A stretch of 64,000 bases of DNA from an uncultured Bacteroidales bacterium (GTDB lineage: Bacteria > Bacteroidota > Bacteroidia > Bacteroidales > VadinHA17), in the NCBI GenBank assembly GCA_963778605.1, contig CAVZVF010000001.1, forward strand, positions 788,097 to 852,096. The letters are read 5' to 3'. This document shows, one piece after another, positions 31,881 to 43,183 of this stretch (position 1 is the stretch's first letter; each line of letters begins with the position of its first letter). The translations under genes and the position numbers were made by a program. The notes under the pieces were generated by a model. It ran no database searches, was not told the origin of the DNA, and worked only from the letters and a program-made list of their open reading frames with translations.

Positions 31881-34050
31881 ATGAGAACCCTGAAACTTAC
31901 TCTGTATCTATGCCTTTTTATACTAATACCTTCCTGCCGTTTAGATAGGAGGCAGAATTACGATGTTGTTTACCAGCTGATTGAAAGGACTATACCCGGT
32001 CATTCCAAAGAGTTTGAACTTAAGACTTTAAGATCCGGTAAATATTCCAGTGCATTCAGGATAAGTTCACACCAGGACAAAATACTCATTGAAGGGACCG
32101 ATAAAATAGCAATCAGTAAAGGGTTTTACTATTACCTCCGTTATTTTCTAATGGGTAATATCTCCAATTGCGGTTCCCAGGTACCACCATTTAAAATTCT
32201 CCCGTCTGTTAAGAAACCAGTCTTTAAAAGTACACAAACTAAATTAAGATGGGGGCTATACTATTGTACTTATAACTATAGTTTTTCATTCTGGAGTTGG
32301 AATGACTGGGAAAAGGAGATAGATTGGCTTGCAATGCAAGGTGTAAATCTGCCTCTGGCTATCATGGGGACAGAGGCCGTATGGCAAAACACATTAAGAA
32401 GGTTTAACTTTTCAGATAATGAGATTGCATCTTTTATTCCGGGACCTGCATATATCTGCTGGTGGTTACTGGATAATCTGGAAGGCTGGGGAGGCCCTGT
32501 TTCGCAGACATGGATTAATAACCGCAAGGATTTACAAAAAAAGATACTTTTCCGAATGCGTGAATTTGGTATGCAACCGGTTTTACCTGCTTTTTATGGG
32601 ATGATACCAAATAGTGCAATTGCTAAATTCCCTGACAGCAAAATTTATAAGGATGCAAAATGGAACGGATTTCAGAGACCTGCTTTTATGGATCCCAACG
32701 ATAGCTTGTTTTCAAAAATGGCATCGGTCTTCTATTCCGAACAGGAGAAACTTTATGGGAAGGCGCTTTATTATAGCGGTGATCCTTTTCACGAGGGAGG
32801 TCAACATACAAAGAACCTAACTCTTGCTGCTGAAAATATCCAAAGGGCAATGCAAATACATAGCCCTAATTCAACCTGGGTTTTACAGGGATGGCAAAGG
32901 AATCCTACAGATTCACTCCTGATGGGGACAAATAAAGATAATACACTGCTTCTTGATCTGTGTGCTGAAGAAAAGCCTATGTATGAGAGAAGAAGGGCTT
33001 TTGGAGGACGAAATTTTTTATGGTGCAATATAAATGACTTTGGCAATAATACTTATATGTATGCCAATTTTGATAGCATCAGTACGGTGCCTGTCAAGCT
33101 GTTAAACCATAAATACACTAAGTTTTACAAAGGCATTGGAATTGCAGCTGAAGGCGCATTTACTGACCCGATTGTTTATGACCTGTTTTACGATATGGCA
33201 TGGCAGGATACTTCATTTAGTCTCAGGCCAATGGTTAAACGATTATTCTGGCTACAGATATGGAATCCAGAATGATATGGCAGTCAAAGCCATTTCTCTT
33301 CTCGCAAACAGCGTTTACAGAGCACCGCACAGGACAGAGAGCATCCTTTGTGCCCGACCCTCCCTTACTGCTGAACGGACAACAACCTGGGGACCGTCGG
33401 CAAAGCCGGCTTATGACCAGGATAGCTTATTTGCAGCATTAAATGCATTATTAGGTATTGAAGATGAATATATTGTTAATTCTGAGACCTACAGGTTTGA
33501 TCTTTCCAATGTATGCAGACAATTGCTTTCAGGAATTGCATACAATAAACTGAGGGAAGTCAGAGAAAGCTTTAACCGTAAAAATAAATTGGCTTTCAGA
33601 GAACAGTCGAAAGAGTTTCTGGACTTAATCTTGTTTGCAGACACTGTAACAGCTGCAATGCCCAACTTTTCATTTTACGAATGGCAACGAGATGCACAAA
33701 GACAAGCTACCAACAGTGCAGATTCTGCACAATTCCTTTGGAATGCCAACAGATTAATTACTCTTTGGGGCAATGAAGAAGGATCCGTTTATCTGCATGA
33801 TTATGCATATCGTGAATGGTATGGATTGTTGTCTAATTTTTATTATCCCCGCTGGAAAATGTATTTTGACTATCTTAATAGCAAACTTGACGGTAAAAAT
33901 GCTAAAGAGCCTGATTTTTATAATTTTGAAAATGAATGGGGTTATAAAAGTTTTGCTGAACCACGCGATATTGTCAGATCAAATTTCAAAAATGTAGTGA
34001 AGCACATATACTACTATGCAAAAGATGATTACTCAACAGGTAAGTTATAA
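31881..34050 (+). CDS. Alpha-N-acetylglucosaminidase (GH89), frameshift near 33225
   Basis: YCTYNYSFSFWSWNDWEKEIDWLAMQGVNLPLA, NLEGWGGP, DPFHEGG and LHDYAYREWYGLL..FYYPRW motifs; lipobox-like IPSC. Confidence 0.92.
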
Positions 34051-34174
34051 AAAACTCAAAACTTGTAACTGCCTGATCATATTTTTCTAATCTTCTTCTG
34101 ATAAGCTATTATTCGTTATTATGTATGCTTTCACATTAAATCTATTAAAACTTCTTTATCTAACTTAAAGAATA

Positions 34175-35629
34175 ATGAAAAAGAGGGGTCTTACAAGAAG
34201 AAAATTCATCAACACCTTATCAGCGGGTTCAATCGCTGCAGTTGTTTCAAATGCCAAGCCTGACCTGGGTAATAATACCTTGCCCTGTAATAATGACACC
34301 AACCGGATAAACCCTGCCCGGGCAAGATCATCTAATGATAGTGTGCCATCAGGCTTGAGGTTGTCGGTATTTGATGTTGACGCCACTCCTCCGGTTGGCA
34401 CACGTCTTGCTTCAATGGTAATGACAGGAACCTGGGATATGGGAATCAGGGCAAAAGGCATTGTTCTGTACGGAGCAGGCAAACCGATTGTTTTATGCTC
34501 TATCGACTGGATAGGGATATCCAATGAGGGCCAGGACGAATTCAAGCGTGCCCTGGCTGATGCTGCGGAGACTATTCCCGAACGGATTGCGGTTCACACA
34601 GTACATCAGCATTATTCTCCCGAATGCGATTTTGCTGCTGAAAGGTTTCTTAAAGAGGCTGAGATTGATCCTATGTGTTATGAGGGTACTTTTGCCCGGG
34701 AACTTATCAACCGGCTTGAAAATGCTATAAGAAGTTCAAGGGAAAAATCTCAGCCTGTAACCCAAATTGGGATGGGAGAGGCCCAAGTCTTCAAAGTAGC
34801 ATCGAACAGACGTATACTTGGTCCTGATGGCAAAGTACGAGAAACACGCTGGACAGTTTGCAGGGATCCGGCTTTGATTGCAGAACCTGAAGGACTAATA
34901 GATCCCAAGGTTTCGTTAGTGAGTCTCTGGAATAAGGAAACACCATTGACAGTACTCAGTTACTATGCTGTACACCCTCAGAGTTATTATGACAGGGGGA
35001 TTCCTAATCCGGACTTTCCGGGCATTGCCCGTTTTTACCGTCAACTTGCGGTTCCGCAAGCCCTCCATGTCCATTTTAACGGTGCAGGCGGAAATATTGG
35101 CGCAGGAAAATACAATGACGGATCAAAAGAGAATCGAGGCATTTTGTCTGAAAGGCTCACCGATGGGATGAAACGGGCGTGGGAAGCAACAAAACTGGAA
35201 ACAATAAAAGCCGAAGATGTAGTGTGGAAGATTGAACAGGTTGCTTTGCCACCTGCAAAATACCTTGAATCGCTTCAAAGAGAAAATGATTTGAAGGACC
35301 AGACATTTCTGGCCAATAATATACGGCAACTGATATGGTTACAACGCTGCCGTGCTGGGAAAAAGATAGATGTGGGTTGTCTTACCCTGGGACATGCCCG
35401 CATATTACACCTGCCGGGTGAGCTATGTATCGAATACCAGCTTGCAGCAAAAGCAAGGCGTCCCGATTTGTTTGTTGTCATGGCGGCTTACGGTGATTAT
35501 GGCCCGGGTTATATATGTATCTCTAAAGCTTATGAACAGTCTGGATATGAAGATGGTCCCGATTCGTATGTCTCTCCTGAGGTCGAAAAAGTACTCATGA
35601 ATGCAATAAACAAACTATTAATTAATTAA
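34175..35629 (+). CDS. Tat-exported protein, neutral/alkaline ceramidase-like metallohydrolase family
   Basis: TRRKFI Tat motif; VDATPPVG, HTVHQH, YAVHPQ, GAGGNI and LPGELCIEY motifs. Confidence 0.6.
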   Translation: MKKRGLTRRKFINTLSAGSIAAVVSNAKPDLGNNTLPCNNDTNRINPARARSSNDSVPSGLRLSVFDVDATPPVGTRLASMVMTGTWDMGIRAKGIVLYGAGKPIVLCSIDWIGISNEGQDEFKRALADAAETIPERIAVHTVHQHYSPECDFAAERFLKEAEIDPMCYEGTFARELINRLENAIRSSREKSQPVTQIGMGEAQVFKVASNRRILGPDGKVRETRWTVCRDPALIAEPEGLIDPKVSLVSLWNKETPLTVLSYYAVHPQSYYDRGIPNPDFPGIARFYRQLAVPQALHVHFNGAGGNIGAGKYNDGSKENRGILSERLTDGMKRAWEATKLETIKAEDVVWKIEQVALPPAKYLESLQRENDLKDQTFLANNIRQLIWLQRCRAGKKIDVGCLTLGHARILHLPGELCIEYQLAAKARRPDLFVVMAAYGDYGPGYICISKAYEQSGYEDGPDSYVSPEVEKVLMNAINKLLIN

Positions 35630-35685
35630 CCTCAGGAATTCATAATTAAGCGGCAACGTATTTCTGTGTCTTAATTGTCACCCGG

Positions 35686-37098
35686 TTAAGCCATTTCCCA
35701 TCCTTCCCGGACAGGTTCCCTGATAATTCTATCTGCTTCCGGTAAACCAATAGCTTTCATATTAGCTGAATCCCAGTAAATTTTTTCCCCTCCAAGTCGC
35801 AGAGACAAGACACCAAGCAGTGTGATTTCTGTAAGGCGGGATGCATATCCGAAGTTTGACATTGCCGGTGGTCCGCCTTTTATGGCATCTACCCACTCAC
35901 GATGGTGTCCTTTGGTGCGGGGGATGGAAGGAGCAGGGGGAGTAAATGAAGCCGCCAGACTCTCCGGGAAAATCCGGGGAGCTACGCTGGCTCCACCATT
36001 ATTGAGGATAATTCCCTTTTCACCAATGAACATAGCTCCTCTGTTAACTAATTTAATATTTTTAGGTAATAAATCGTGAAGAGGAGGGTGCAAACCGCCG
36101 GAATACCAGGTCAGTCTAAGAGGTTGTTGGTCCCCGTCCTCATCAAAGGTGTAATAACCTATTTCTCCATATGGTGCTATATCAGCACTACCATTATTTC
36201 CTGCCGGGAGCACTTCGACACTTTCGGGATTACGCAGGTTGAAAGCCCATGTAACCGTGTCCATATCGTGACAGCCAAAATCACCGAGTGCACCGCAGCC
36301 AAAGGCCCAGAAATCTCTCCATTTTACCGGAGAATAAACCTTATTGTAAGGATGCCAGGAGGTTGGTCCAAGCCAAAGATCCCAGTTAAATCCCTGAGGT
36401 ACAGGTGTGGAGTCTGACGGAAATCCGCTAAGCTGAGGCAACCATCTTGATGCCGAAACCCACGAATGTGCTTCTCTTACAGTTCCTATTGCCCCTGCCC
36501 TCAGGTATTCAACAGTCTGACGGATACCCTCCTGGTTATGCAACTGGTTGCCCATCTGGGTTGCCAGACCTGTTTCCCGGGCAACATCACGAACTTTCCT
36601 TGCTTCCCAGATATTATGTGTTAAGGGTTTTTCGCAGTAAACATGCTTCCCTGCACGCATAGACATAATTGAAATATATGCATGAGTATTGTCGGGCGAT
36701 GCACATACTATTGCATCAAGCGATCGCTCTTTAGCCAGCATATCCCTGAAGTCTTCATATTCCGGAATCTTATAGTTGGGTGTTTTTTTTGCATAGTAGG
36801 CCTCAATAATATTTTTTGTCGGACCACGACCTGTATCTGAGGAATATAAAATATCATTTTTCCATAAAGTTGCAGGATCTGCAATTGAAGTCAACTGGAC
36901 ATCATCAAGTTTAAAAAGTTCAGTAATACTGTACATTGATTGTCCTCCTGCACCTATAATTCCGATATTTACCTTATCGCTTGGTGCAACGTAACCTTTA
37001 CCACCTAAGACATAGCGGGGAATGATTGTTAAAGCTGCAAGAGATGTTAATGAGGTTTTAATAAACTCACGACGAGGATTCTTATTTTTTGATTTCAT
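35686..37098 (-). CDS. Tat-exported Gfo/Idh/MocA oxidoreductase
   Basis: PRREFIK Tat motif; GIIGAGG, GKHVYCEKPLTH, TQMGNQ and GDFGCHDMD motifs. Confidence 0.92.
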   Translation of the reverse strand: MKSKNKNPRREFIKTSLTSLAALTIIPRYVLGGKGYVAPSDKVNIGIIGAGGQSMYSITELFKLDDVQLTSIADPATLWKNDILYSSDTGRGPTKNIIEAYYAKKTPNYKIPEYEDFRDMLAKERSLDAIVCASPDNTHAYISIMSMRAGKHVYCEKPLTHNIWEARKVRDVARETGLATQMGNQLHNQEGIRQTVEYLRAGAIGTVREAHSWVSASRWLPQLSGFPSDSTPVPQGFNWDLWLGPTSWHPYNKVYSPVKWRDFWAFGCGALGDFGCHDMDTVTWAFNLRNPESVEVLPAGNNGSADIAPYGEIGYYTFDEDGDQQPLRLTWYSGGLHPPLHDLLPKNIKLVNRGAMFIGEKGIILNNGGASVAPRIFPESLAASFTPPAPSIPRTKGHHREWVDAIKGGPPAMSNFGYASRLTEITLLGVLSLRLGGEKIYWDSANMKAIGLPEADRIIREPVREGWEMA

Positions 37099-37296
37099 AT
37101 CGTTAGTTTTATATGGTTATTTTCATTCAAAACATTTATTATTAGCAAATATAGGCAATATGATAATATTAATCGGACCAGTATATTTTCGGTCCGCTAA
37201 ATGACAGGGAATTGCAGCACTTTACATTCAACACAATATTTACCTTGATCCTGACAATTCTAAAGGCTGGTAAGAATCAAGCTGGCATTGTTTCAC

Positions 37297-38895
37297 TCAC
37301 TCTGCCATGTGGACCAACAGGAGGGAGGTATTTGAGTTCTGAACTAAATTATCATTTACAAATTCAATTGCTCCTATAGTTGGATGTTCAGTATCCCTTG
37401 CATTCCCAAAATAATCTGTTGTTATATCCATAAAGAAACCATTAGCTTTTGTAACGGGTATTCCTGCACCTGTTTGCGGACTTGAAGCATTTAAAGGATT
37501 AAAATCATTACCGGAAAAACTTGTGAATTGAGGCATAATGTCGACAAGTGTGTGTTGCTCCTGGCCTGTTGCGGCAAACCAATTGGGATAATAAACACTT
37601 ATATTGTCCGATCCCCATGTTCCGGTTAACCCCACGGGATTATATAAATTGATAAGATGAGTTGAATAGTAATACAAATTATAATCATGATTGTGCCTGT
37701 AGATTGCATTCCAACCGGCGGGGTGATTGAAAAGAAAACCACCATCTGAAATTCGATAATTTGAATAAAAAATATTGTTTATAAAGTTTATTTCATTACT
37801 TCCTTTGTTATATGTAATGTTTCTTCTCCGATTTTCAATAATAGTATTATATGCAATTATTCCACCCTTACTGTTGCAGGTATCGGCAGGAGTACCTGTC
37901 GGATAATGCCATCCGGTATGAATATCGATATCATATGGGCTTCCTGACCGTAAAAATATATTATTATAGAAAGCAAATTGCTCACAATATCTTGAATAAA
38001 TGCCGGCATAAGAATTATCAATGAAAAAACAGTTTCTTATGACAGGTCTTTTTATTGTAGTTGAGTCTTTTGAGTTTGTTGCAGGCATTATTTGTATCGG
38101 AGGATGATTGGAAGCACCGGTTAATGTACAGTATTCCATTTTAAAGAAATCTGCCTGTTCACCGGAATTTTTTCTTACCCATATAATTGTTCTGGAACCA
38201 TTGTAAAAACTTGAATGTTTGAAAGTAACATTATTTCCTGTTACCAAAACTGTATGATTTGTAGAGGATGAAGCATTTGAAGGATATTTGATACTGCAGG
38301 AATCCAATTGAACGTAATTCCCGTCTATACTTAAAAGCTGGTTTGAATGAAAGTCCTGCAGGAAAACTATTTTTCTAAAGTAATTGAACGCACCACTCAA
38401 TTTTACAGGTGCATTTGAAGGCGAGTTGGCTCTAAATAAGGTAGATTTAGTACCGTCTGAGCTACTACTGGTTATACTTAAATCTATTTCAGATATTTCT
38501 CCCTCCCATATAATAGGATTTGCATCAGTTCCGTCGACATTGAACCTACCTCCGGTTGTTAAATCATAATACCCTTTTTGTACTAATACTTTATCTCCGG
38601 GCACTACTGTTCCTATTGCTTCTGCCAATGTCATGGCGTTTGAAGGATTCCTTCCTTTATGATTCCCGGCACCTGTTACGGTTACATATTTAGTAGGGGT
38701 TTTACCATCCAATGTTTGTGTTGCAACTCTCCGCTTCTCAGAATAAATGTTTTTGCCAGCCTCATTAGAAGTATGCACAAAAGCAGCACCACCAGCTAAG
38801 TATAGAAAAACTGAAATTAATAATGTAGTATTTCTCTTCAATACATTAATATTCTGATTATTTAACTCCAGGTAAGATACATCATAATCCACCAA
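37297..38895 (-). CDS. Secreted right-handed parallel beta-helix protein (start uncertain)
   Basis: YV...GAGNHKGRNPSNAMTL N-cap, PGDKVLVQKGYY, Asn-rich repeats (YNNIF, YNTI, INNIF) and C-terminal TDYFGNAR...TIGAIEF. Confidence 0.7.
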   Translation of the reverse strand: MVDYDVSYLELNNQNINVLKRNTTLLISVFLYLAGGAAFVHTSNEAGKNIYSEKRRVATQTLDGKTPTKYVTVTGAGNHKGRNPSNAMTLAEAIGTVVPGDKVLVQKGYYDLTTGGRFNVDGTDANPIIWEGEISEIDLSITSSSSDGTKSTLFRANSPSNAPVKLSGAFNYFRKIVFLQDFHSNQLLSIDGNYVQLDSCSIKYPSNASSSTNHTVLVTGNNVTFKHSSFYNGSRTIIWVRKNSGEQADFFKMEYCTLTGASNHPPIQIMPATNSKDSTTIKRPVIRNCFFIDNSYAGIYSRYCEQFAFYNNIFLRSGSPYDIDIHTGWHYPTGTPADTCNSKGGIIAYNTIIENRRRNITYNKGSNEINFINNIFYSNYRISDGGFLFNHPAGWNAIYRHNHDYNLYYYSTHLINLYNPVGLTGTWGSDNISVYYPNWFAATGQEQHTLVDIMPQFTSFSGNDFNPLNASSPQTGAGIPVTKANGFFMDITTDYFGNARDTEHPTIGAIEFVNDNLVQNSNTSLLLVHMAE

Positions 38896-38921
38896 CTTGA
38901 ATTTTGTTAGCTGCGCTTTAA

Positions 38922-40487
38922 CTATATCCCCTTACACTTCTTCGCCAACGCCCTGGCTTGTCCGGATCCAAACCTGCCTTTGAAAATATCAAAGAGCTGA
39001 TCCCCGGTCATACTGGCAGAAAGATCCGCCAACATTTTTTCCTGGGCATGAAAAGCACGCAGGGTTACTTCTTCGGGATCAACAAGGGAGAGAAGGATTT
39101 TTTCAAGTTCAACCTGAATATCTGCCGTTTCCGGTTTGCCAATGAGGTTATTAAACTCTCCCGGATCTTGATTAACATTAAACAGCAGGTCATCGTACCA
39201 TGTAAAATGGATGTATTTCCAATCACCCTTGCGGATCATAAATGAACCGGTACAGTTACCTTCTGAGTGTGATTCGCTGTAAGCAAATCCCGGGTGACTA
39301 CCGGATTCCCCCCGGAGAACCGGTAAAAGTGAATGACCCCGTAACTTATTAAAAGCAGGGGATCCTGCCAGATCAAGCATTGTGGCAACCAGATCCACAT
39401 GACCAACTGGAGTATTAATCTTAACATTTTTTGGTAATCCTGCACCGGCCATTATCATAGGAACCCGGGTTGCCACATCGTATAAATTATTTTTAAGCCA
39501 CAGGCCATGCTCCCCAAGAGATTCTCCATGGTCCGATGTATAAATAAAAAGTGTATTTTCTAATTCTCCTGATCGTTCTAATTCAGACCATATCTTCCCG
39601 ATATACTCATCCAATTCCGTTATCATCCCGTAATAACCGGCACGGGCTCTACGGATCCGATCTTCCGGAATCGGAGTAGCGATATTCTTGAAATGCCGCA
39701 GTTCCTGAAAAACAGGATGTAGTTCTTCCAGATGTCCCGGAGGAATGTTAGGCATATCAACATTATACTCCGGGTAAAGTCTGTAATATTCCTCCAGGGC
39801 TATAAATTTGGGATGAGGTTCTGATAACCCCAGGAAAAGGGCCCATGGTTTTTTTATATTTGGAGACTCTTCCTGAAGAAATTTAAGTGCAAGCTGAGTC
39901 AGAGCCGCATCCCCGTGTCTTACCTTCCGGGTCCCACCCTCCACATCAGGACGTTCATTGACCCTGTATGCAACAGGCCGCCGGAATAATGAAGTTACAT
40001 CGGGATCAGTACGGTGACCGTTACTTGTTTTTGTTTCGTCGAAGCCTGAATCAAAATCGTTGTTTAAATCCAGCTTCCCTATTGCCCGGCAATAATATCC
40101 CTCATTTTTTAAATATGTTCCCCATACCGGATGGCTGCCATCCCATACAGTGGAATTACAAAAAGAATTACAGTCTGATGCCAGCATGCCGGTCATCATA
40201 CTGGTTCTGCCGGGAACGCAAACAGGACTTCCGGTATAAACATCTGAATATGCAACTCCCTGATTGGCAATCATATCCATGTTTGGTGTTTTTACAACAT
40301 GATGACCTGCATATCCTGTGTATTTATAACCATGCTGGTCTGAAGTAATAAAAACAATGTTAGGCCTTTCTTTAATTGCAGTAGTCAGGATTTTCTTTGC
40401 TGAAAAACCGGACATAGGATTTATAACAGCAGTGCCTATGCCTGCAGAAATGGTTCTGGTAAAATTTCTTCTGGATATTTTTTTCAT
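38922..40487 (-). CDS. S1 sulfatase (choline-sulfatase-like), Tat signal, Cys-type
   Basis: SRRNFT Tat motif; SDQH, CVPGRTSMMTG and YTSDHGE motifs. Confidence 0.92.
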   Translation of the reverse strand: MKKISRRNFTRTISAGIGTAVINPMSGFSAKKILTTAIKERPNIVFITSDQHGYKYTGYAGHHVVKTPNMDMIANQGVAYSDVYTGSPVCVPGRTSMMTGMLASDCNSFCNSTVWDGSHPVWGTYLKNEGYYCRAIGKLDLNNDFDSGFDETKTSNGHRTDPDVTSLFRRPVAYRVNERPDVEGGTRKVRHGDAALTQLALKFLQEESPNIKKPWALFLGLSEPHPKFIALEEYYRLYPEYNVDMPNIPPGHLEELHPVFQELRHFKNIATPIPEDRIRRARAGYYGMITELDEYIGKIWSELERSGELENTLFIYTSDHGESLGEHGLWLKNNLYDVATRVPMIMAGAGLPKNVKINTPVGHVDLVATMLDLAGSPAFNKLRGHSLLPVLRGESGSHPGFAYSESHSEGNCTGSFMIRKGDWKYIHFTWYDDLLFNVNQDPGEFNNLIGKPETADIQVELEKILLSLVDPEEVTLRAFHAQEKMLADLSASMTGDQLFDIFKGRFGSGQARALAKKCKGI

Positions 40488-40511
40488 TTACTATGGGTAC
40501 TGATCCTTATG

Positions 40512-41951
40512 CTATTTTGCAGAATAAAACACTTTGGTATTATCGAGAGTAAGCTGAGACTGAATTTCCTTTTTCAATTCCTGGACTTTTCCCACATTAT
40601 CTTTTGAAACATCTTTTGTTTCGTAAGGATCAAGTTGAATATTATATAATTCATCTGTTCCCTCTTCAGGTTTTATCCCTTTGTGTATCAATTTCCAATT
40701 GCCCTTTTTTAATGCAATGGCATTATTTGACTTCCAGTACATTATTCGCTCTTCTGATAAAGGTTTTCCAATAATTGATGGCCAGAAATTGATTCCGTCA
40801 ACATTCAGTTCTTTCGGAACTTTTACCCCTGCAAGAAAAGCCAGAGTCGGGAAGACATCTGTGACATTAATCGGATCGTCAATTATCAAGTGCTTCAGTT
40901 TACCCGGCCATATCATTACAGCCGGAACCCTGAGGGCTCCGTCGTACAGGGTGGTTTTCCAGTCGCGTAGTGGTCTGTTATCGCCAAGTACATCATGGGG
41001 TTTAAATTTCCCGTTATATTCCACAGAAATTTTATCGATAAATTTTATTGGGCCCGGAGTCCAGTTCCTCTGTGCCCCGTTATCGCTTAGAAACATCACT
41101 ATTGTATTTTCTTCTATTCCTCTTTTTTTGAGTACTTCCAGTAACTTACCTATTGAATGATCCATATGCGTAACGGATGCTGCATTTTTACGGCGCGATT
41201 CATTACTTATTGTTTGTAAGTACATATCAGTCCATTCTTTCGGTTCTTCAAGCGGGTAATGAGGAACAGTGTAAGCCACATAAAGGAAAAATGGCATATT
41301 GCCGTCTCTGGGCTTATTAATAAACCGTATAGCCTCCGCAGTTATCAGGTCGGTGGCATGCCCCTCTTCATCTATCAACTTATCATTCCTGTGCCATGTT
41401 TTACTGCCATTTTTATATAAATGGGTAACAGGGTCAATCTGACCCAGCAATGACCCATAAGAGGAATTGAAACCATAATTCATTGGTCGTCCTTCAGGTA
41501 CAGCACCAAGATGCCATTTTCCTGAGATACCTGTATCATAACCTTTCTGTTTTAAAAGTCCGGCGATTGTAATTGTTCCGGCGGGCAATCCGGGTTCATC
41601 ACCTAATGGTGTGAGAATACCATATCTGCTTGGATATCTTCCTGTTAATAAAGAGGCCCGGGTAGGGGAGCTGACTGAACAGACATAAAACCTGTTAAAC
41701 TCGATCCCTTCCCGGGCAAGCCTGTCGATGGCAGGAGTATTAATTTCCGAGCCATGATAACCAACATCGTTCCAACCAAGGTCATCTGCAATAATTACCA
41801 CAATGTTGGGTTGCTTTTTCTCTGAGTCACCGGGCTTTTGATGGCTGACTGATAAATTAGAGTGAAGTAGTAGTCCGGACAATCCGAGAGCCGAATATCC
41901 AAAGAGACAATGCTTATAATTTGACATTTTGAATAACTTTTGATTTTTCAT
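40512..41951 (-). CDS. S1 arylsulfatase (arylsulfatase B-like), Ser-type
   Basis: ADDLGWNDVG, SSPTRASLLTG, GKWHLG and SDNG motifs. Confidence 0.93.
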   Translation of the reverse strand: MKNQKLFKMSNYKHCLFGYSALGLSGLLLHSNLSVSHQKPGDSEKKQPNIVVIIADDLGWNDVGYHGSEINTPAIDRLAREGIEFNRFYVCSVSSPTRASLLTGRYPSRYGILTPLGDEPGLPAGTITIAGLLKQKGYDTGISGKWHLGAVPEGRPMNYGFNSSYGSLLGQIDPVTHLYKNGSKTWHRNDKLIDEEGHATDLITAEAIRFINKPRDGNMPFFLYVAYTVPHYPLEEPKEWTDMYLQTISNESRRKNAASVTHMDHSIGKLLEVLKKRGIEENTIVMFLSDNGAQRNWTPGPIKFIDKISVEYNGKFKPHDVLGDNRPLRDWKTTLYDGALRVPAVMIWPGKLKHLIIDDPINVTDVFPTLAFLAGVKVPKELNVDGINFWPSIIGKPLSEERIMYWKSNNAIALKKGNWKLIHKGIKPEEGTDELYNIQLDPYETKDVSKDNVGKVQELKKEIQSQLTLDNTKVFYSAK

Positions 41952-42045
41952 CAGGTAAATTCCGGACTATTATCATATTTTGACTTCCGGATCCCGGCTT
42001 CCCACTGTAATTTATTTTAAAATGATCAGATAAAATTATTGAATA

Positions 42046-43026
42046 TTACTCAAGTATGTTTCTCATGTATTTTATGCATTTAGTAACTTCTTTGGCAGCA
42101 TCCGAGCCCTCCGGAACCTGGTATTCCATTTCAACAAATACATCTATGGGCCATTTATTTTTTTTGATTAAAAGGAGTACATCCGCAATTGGTGTTTCGC
42201 CTTCTCCAAATGGTCTGTTAGCATCAGGAGGATTGCTTTTTGGTCCGGTTTTATCCTTCATATGGATCATTGGGATAATGTCGTGATATTTTTCTATAAT
42301 GATGTTGGGATGAAGTCCTGTGGCTCCAAAATAATGGCCTGCATCAAAATTTAACCTGTTAGCAGGTGAATAGCCCATCAGCTTTTCGATGTCGAATCCG
42401 GGTTCGGCAAATTGCTTGTGTGTATGATAAATAGCGAGGCTTTTATGTTTTTCGGCAAACTTGCCAAGACGACGGCAGGCTTCATCACTGCATTCATCGG
42501 TAATACCATAGGCACCTAAAACATTTGCAGCATTAAACGCGTAATCAATTTCTGCATCAGACCATGTTGATGGTGCAAACTTGGCAATATGGATATCTAC
42601 GCCGGCATTATTATACATTTTACGGATATCTGCATACTTTTGCATTGGTAATGATAAACGCCATTGACGTTGCCTCTCCTTTATTGTTTTTACTGCATCG
42701 GCATATTCAGCTTTTGTTTTATCGTCCGCATCACGGGGTGGCCTTGGAGGAGCCTGGGGAAGACCTAAACCTTCTTCAAGGACACTTCTCATTTCAACAG
42801 CATTAACCCCGGCCTGCAGAATATATTGGAGGCATTGCTCCAAACTATGCGGCATGCTTAAATAGCTATATGTCGTCAAACCTAACTGAACGCCACCTAC
42901 CTTCGAATTGGGCTTTTTGGTTTTTTGCATTCCCAAAAGGGAATAATTTAAAGGTGTCATTGAAAAAGCAGTGGCAGCAGCAGCGGTGCCTAAAAATTTT
43001 CGTCTCGAAATCGTTGATTTTTTCAT
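42046..43026 (-). CDS. Tat-exported sugar-phosphate isomerase/epimerase-like TIM barrel (AP_endonuc_2)
   Basis: SRRKFLG Tat motif; YHTH, NFDAGHY, HMKD, FGEGETP and EMEY motifs. Confidence 0.85.
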   Translation of the reverse strand: MKKSTISRRKFLGTAAAATAFSMTPLNYSLLGMQKTKKPNSKVGGVQLGLTTYSYLSMPHSLEQCLQYILQAGVNAVEMRSVLEEGLGLPQAPPRPPRDADDKTKAEYADAVKTIKERQRQWRLSLPMQKYADIRKMYNNAGVDIHIAKFAPSTWSDAEIDYAFNAANVLGAYGITDECSDEACRRLGKFAEKHKSLAIYHTHKQFAEPGFDIEKLMGYSPANRLNFDAGHYFGATGLHPNIIIEKYHDIIPMIHMKDKTGPKSNPPDANRPFGEGETPIADVLLLIKKNKWPIDVFVEMEYQVPEGSDAAKEVTKCIKYMRNILE

Positions 43027-43183
43027 ATTTACTGGATTTTAATGAAATTTTGATAAGATATTATTCATGTTTAAATATTGTTATGACTGTCTTAACCTGT
43101 GACTATTTAAAAATTTCAATCTCCCATGGAGTCTTATATTTTGCGATCTGCACCGGGTCTGTTGGTTTAATTCAAACCCAAAG

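Noticed and set aside
30365-35629. Phase-variable invertible segment (plus-strand block in a minus-strand PUL)
   Set aside because: No flanking inverted repeats or recombinase found; a historical rearrangement is enough to explain it
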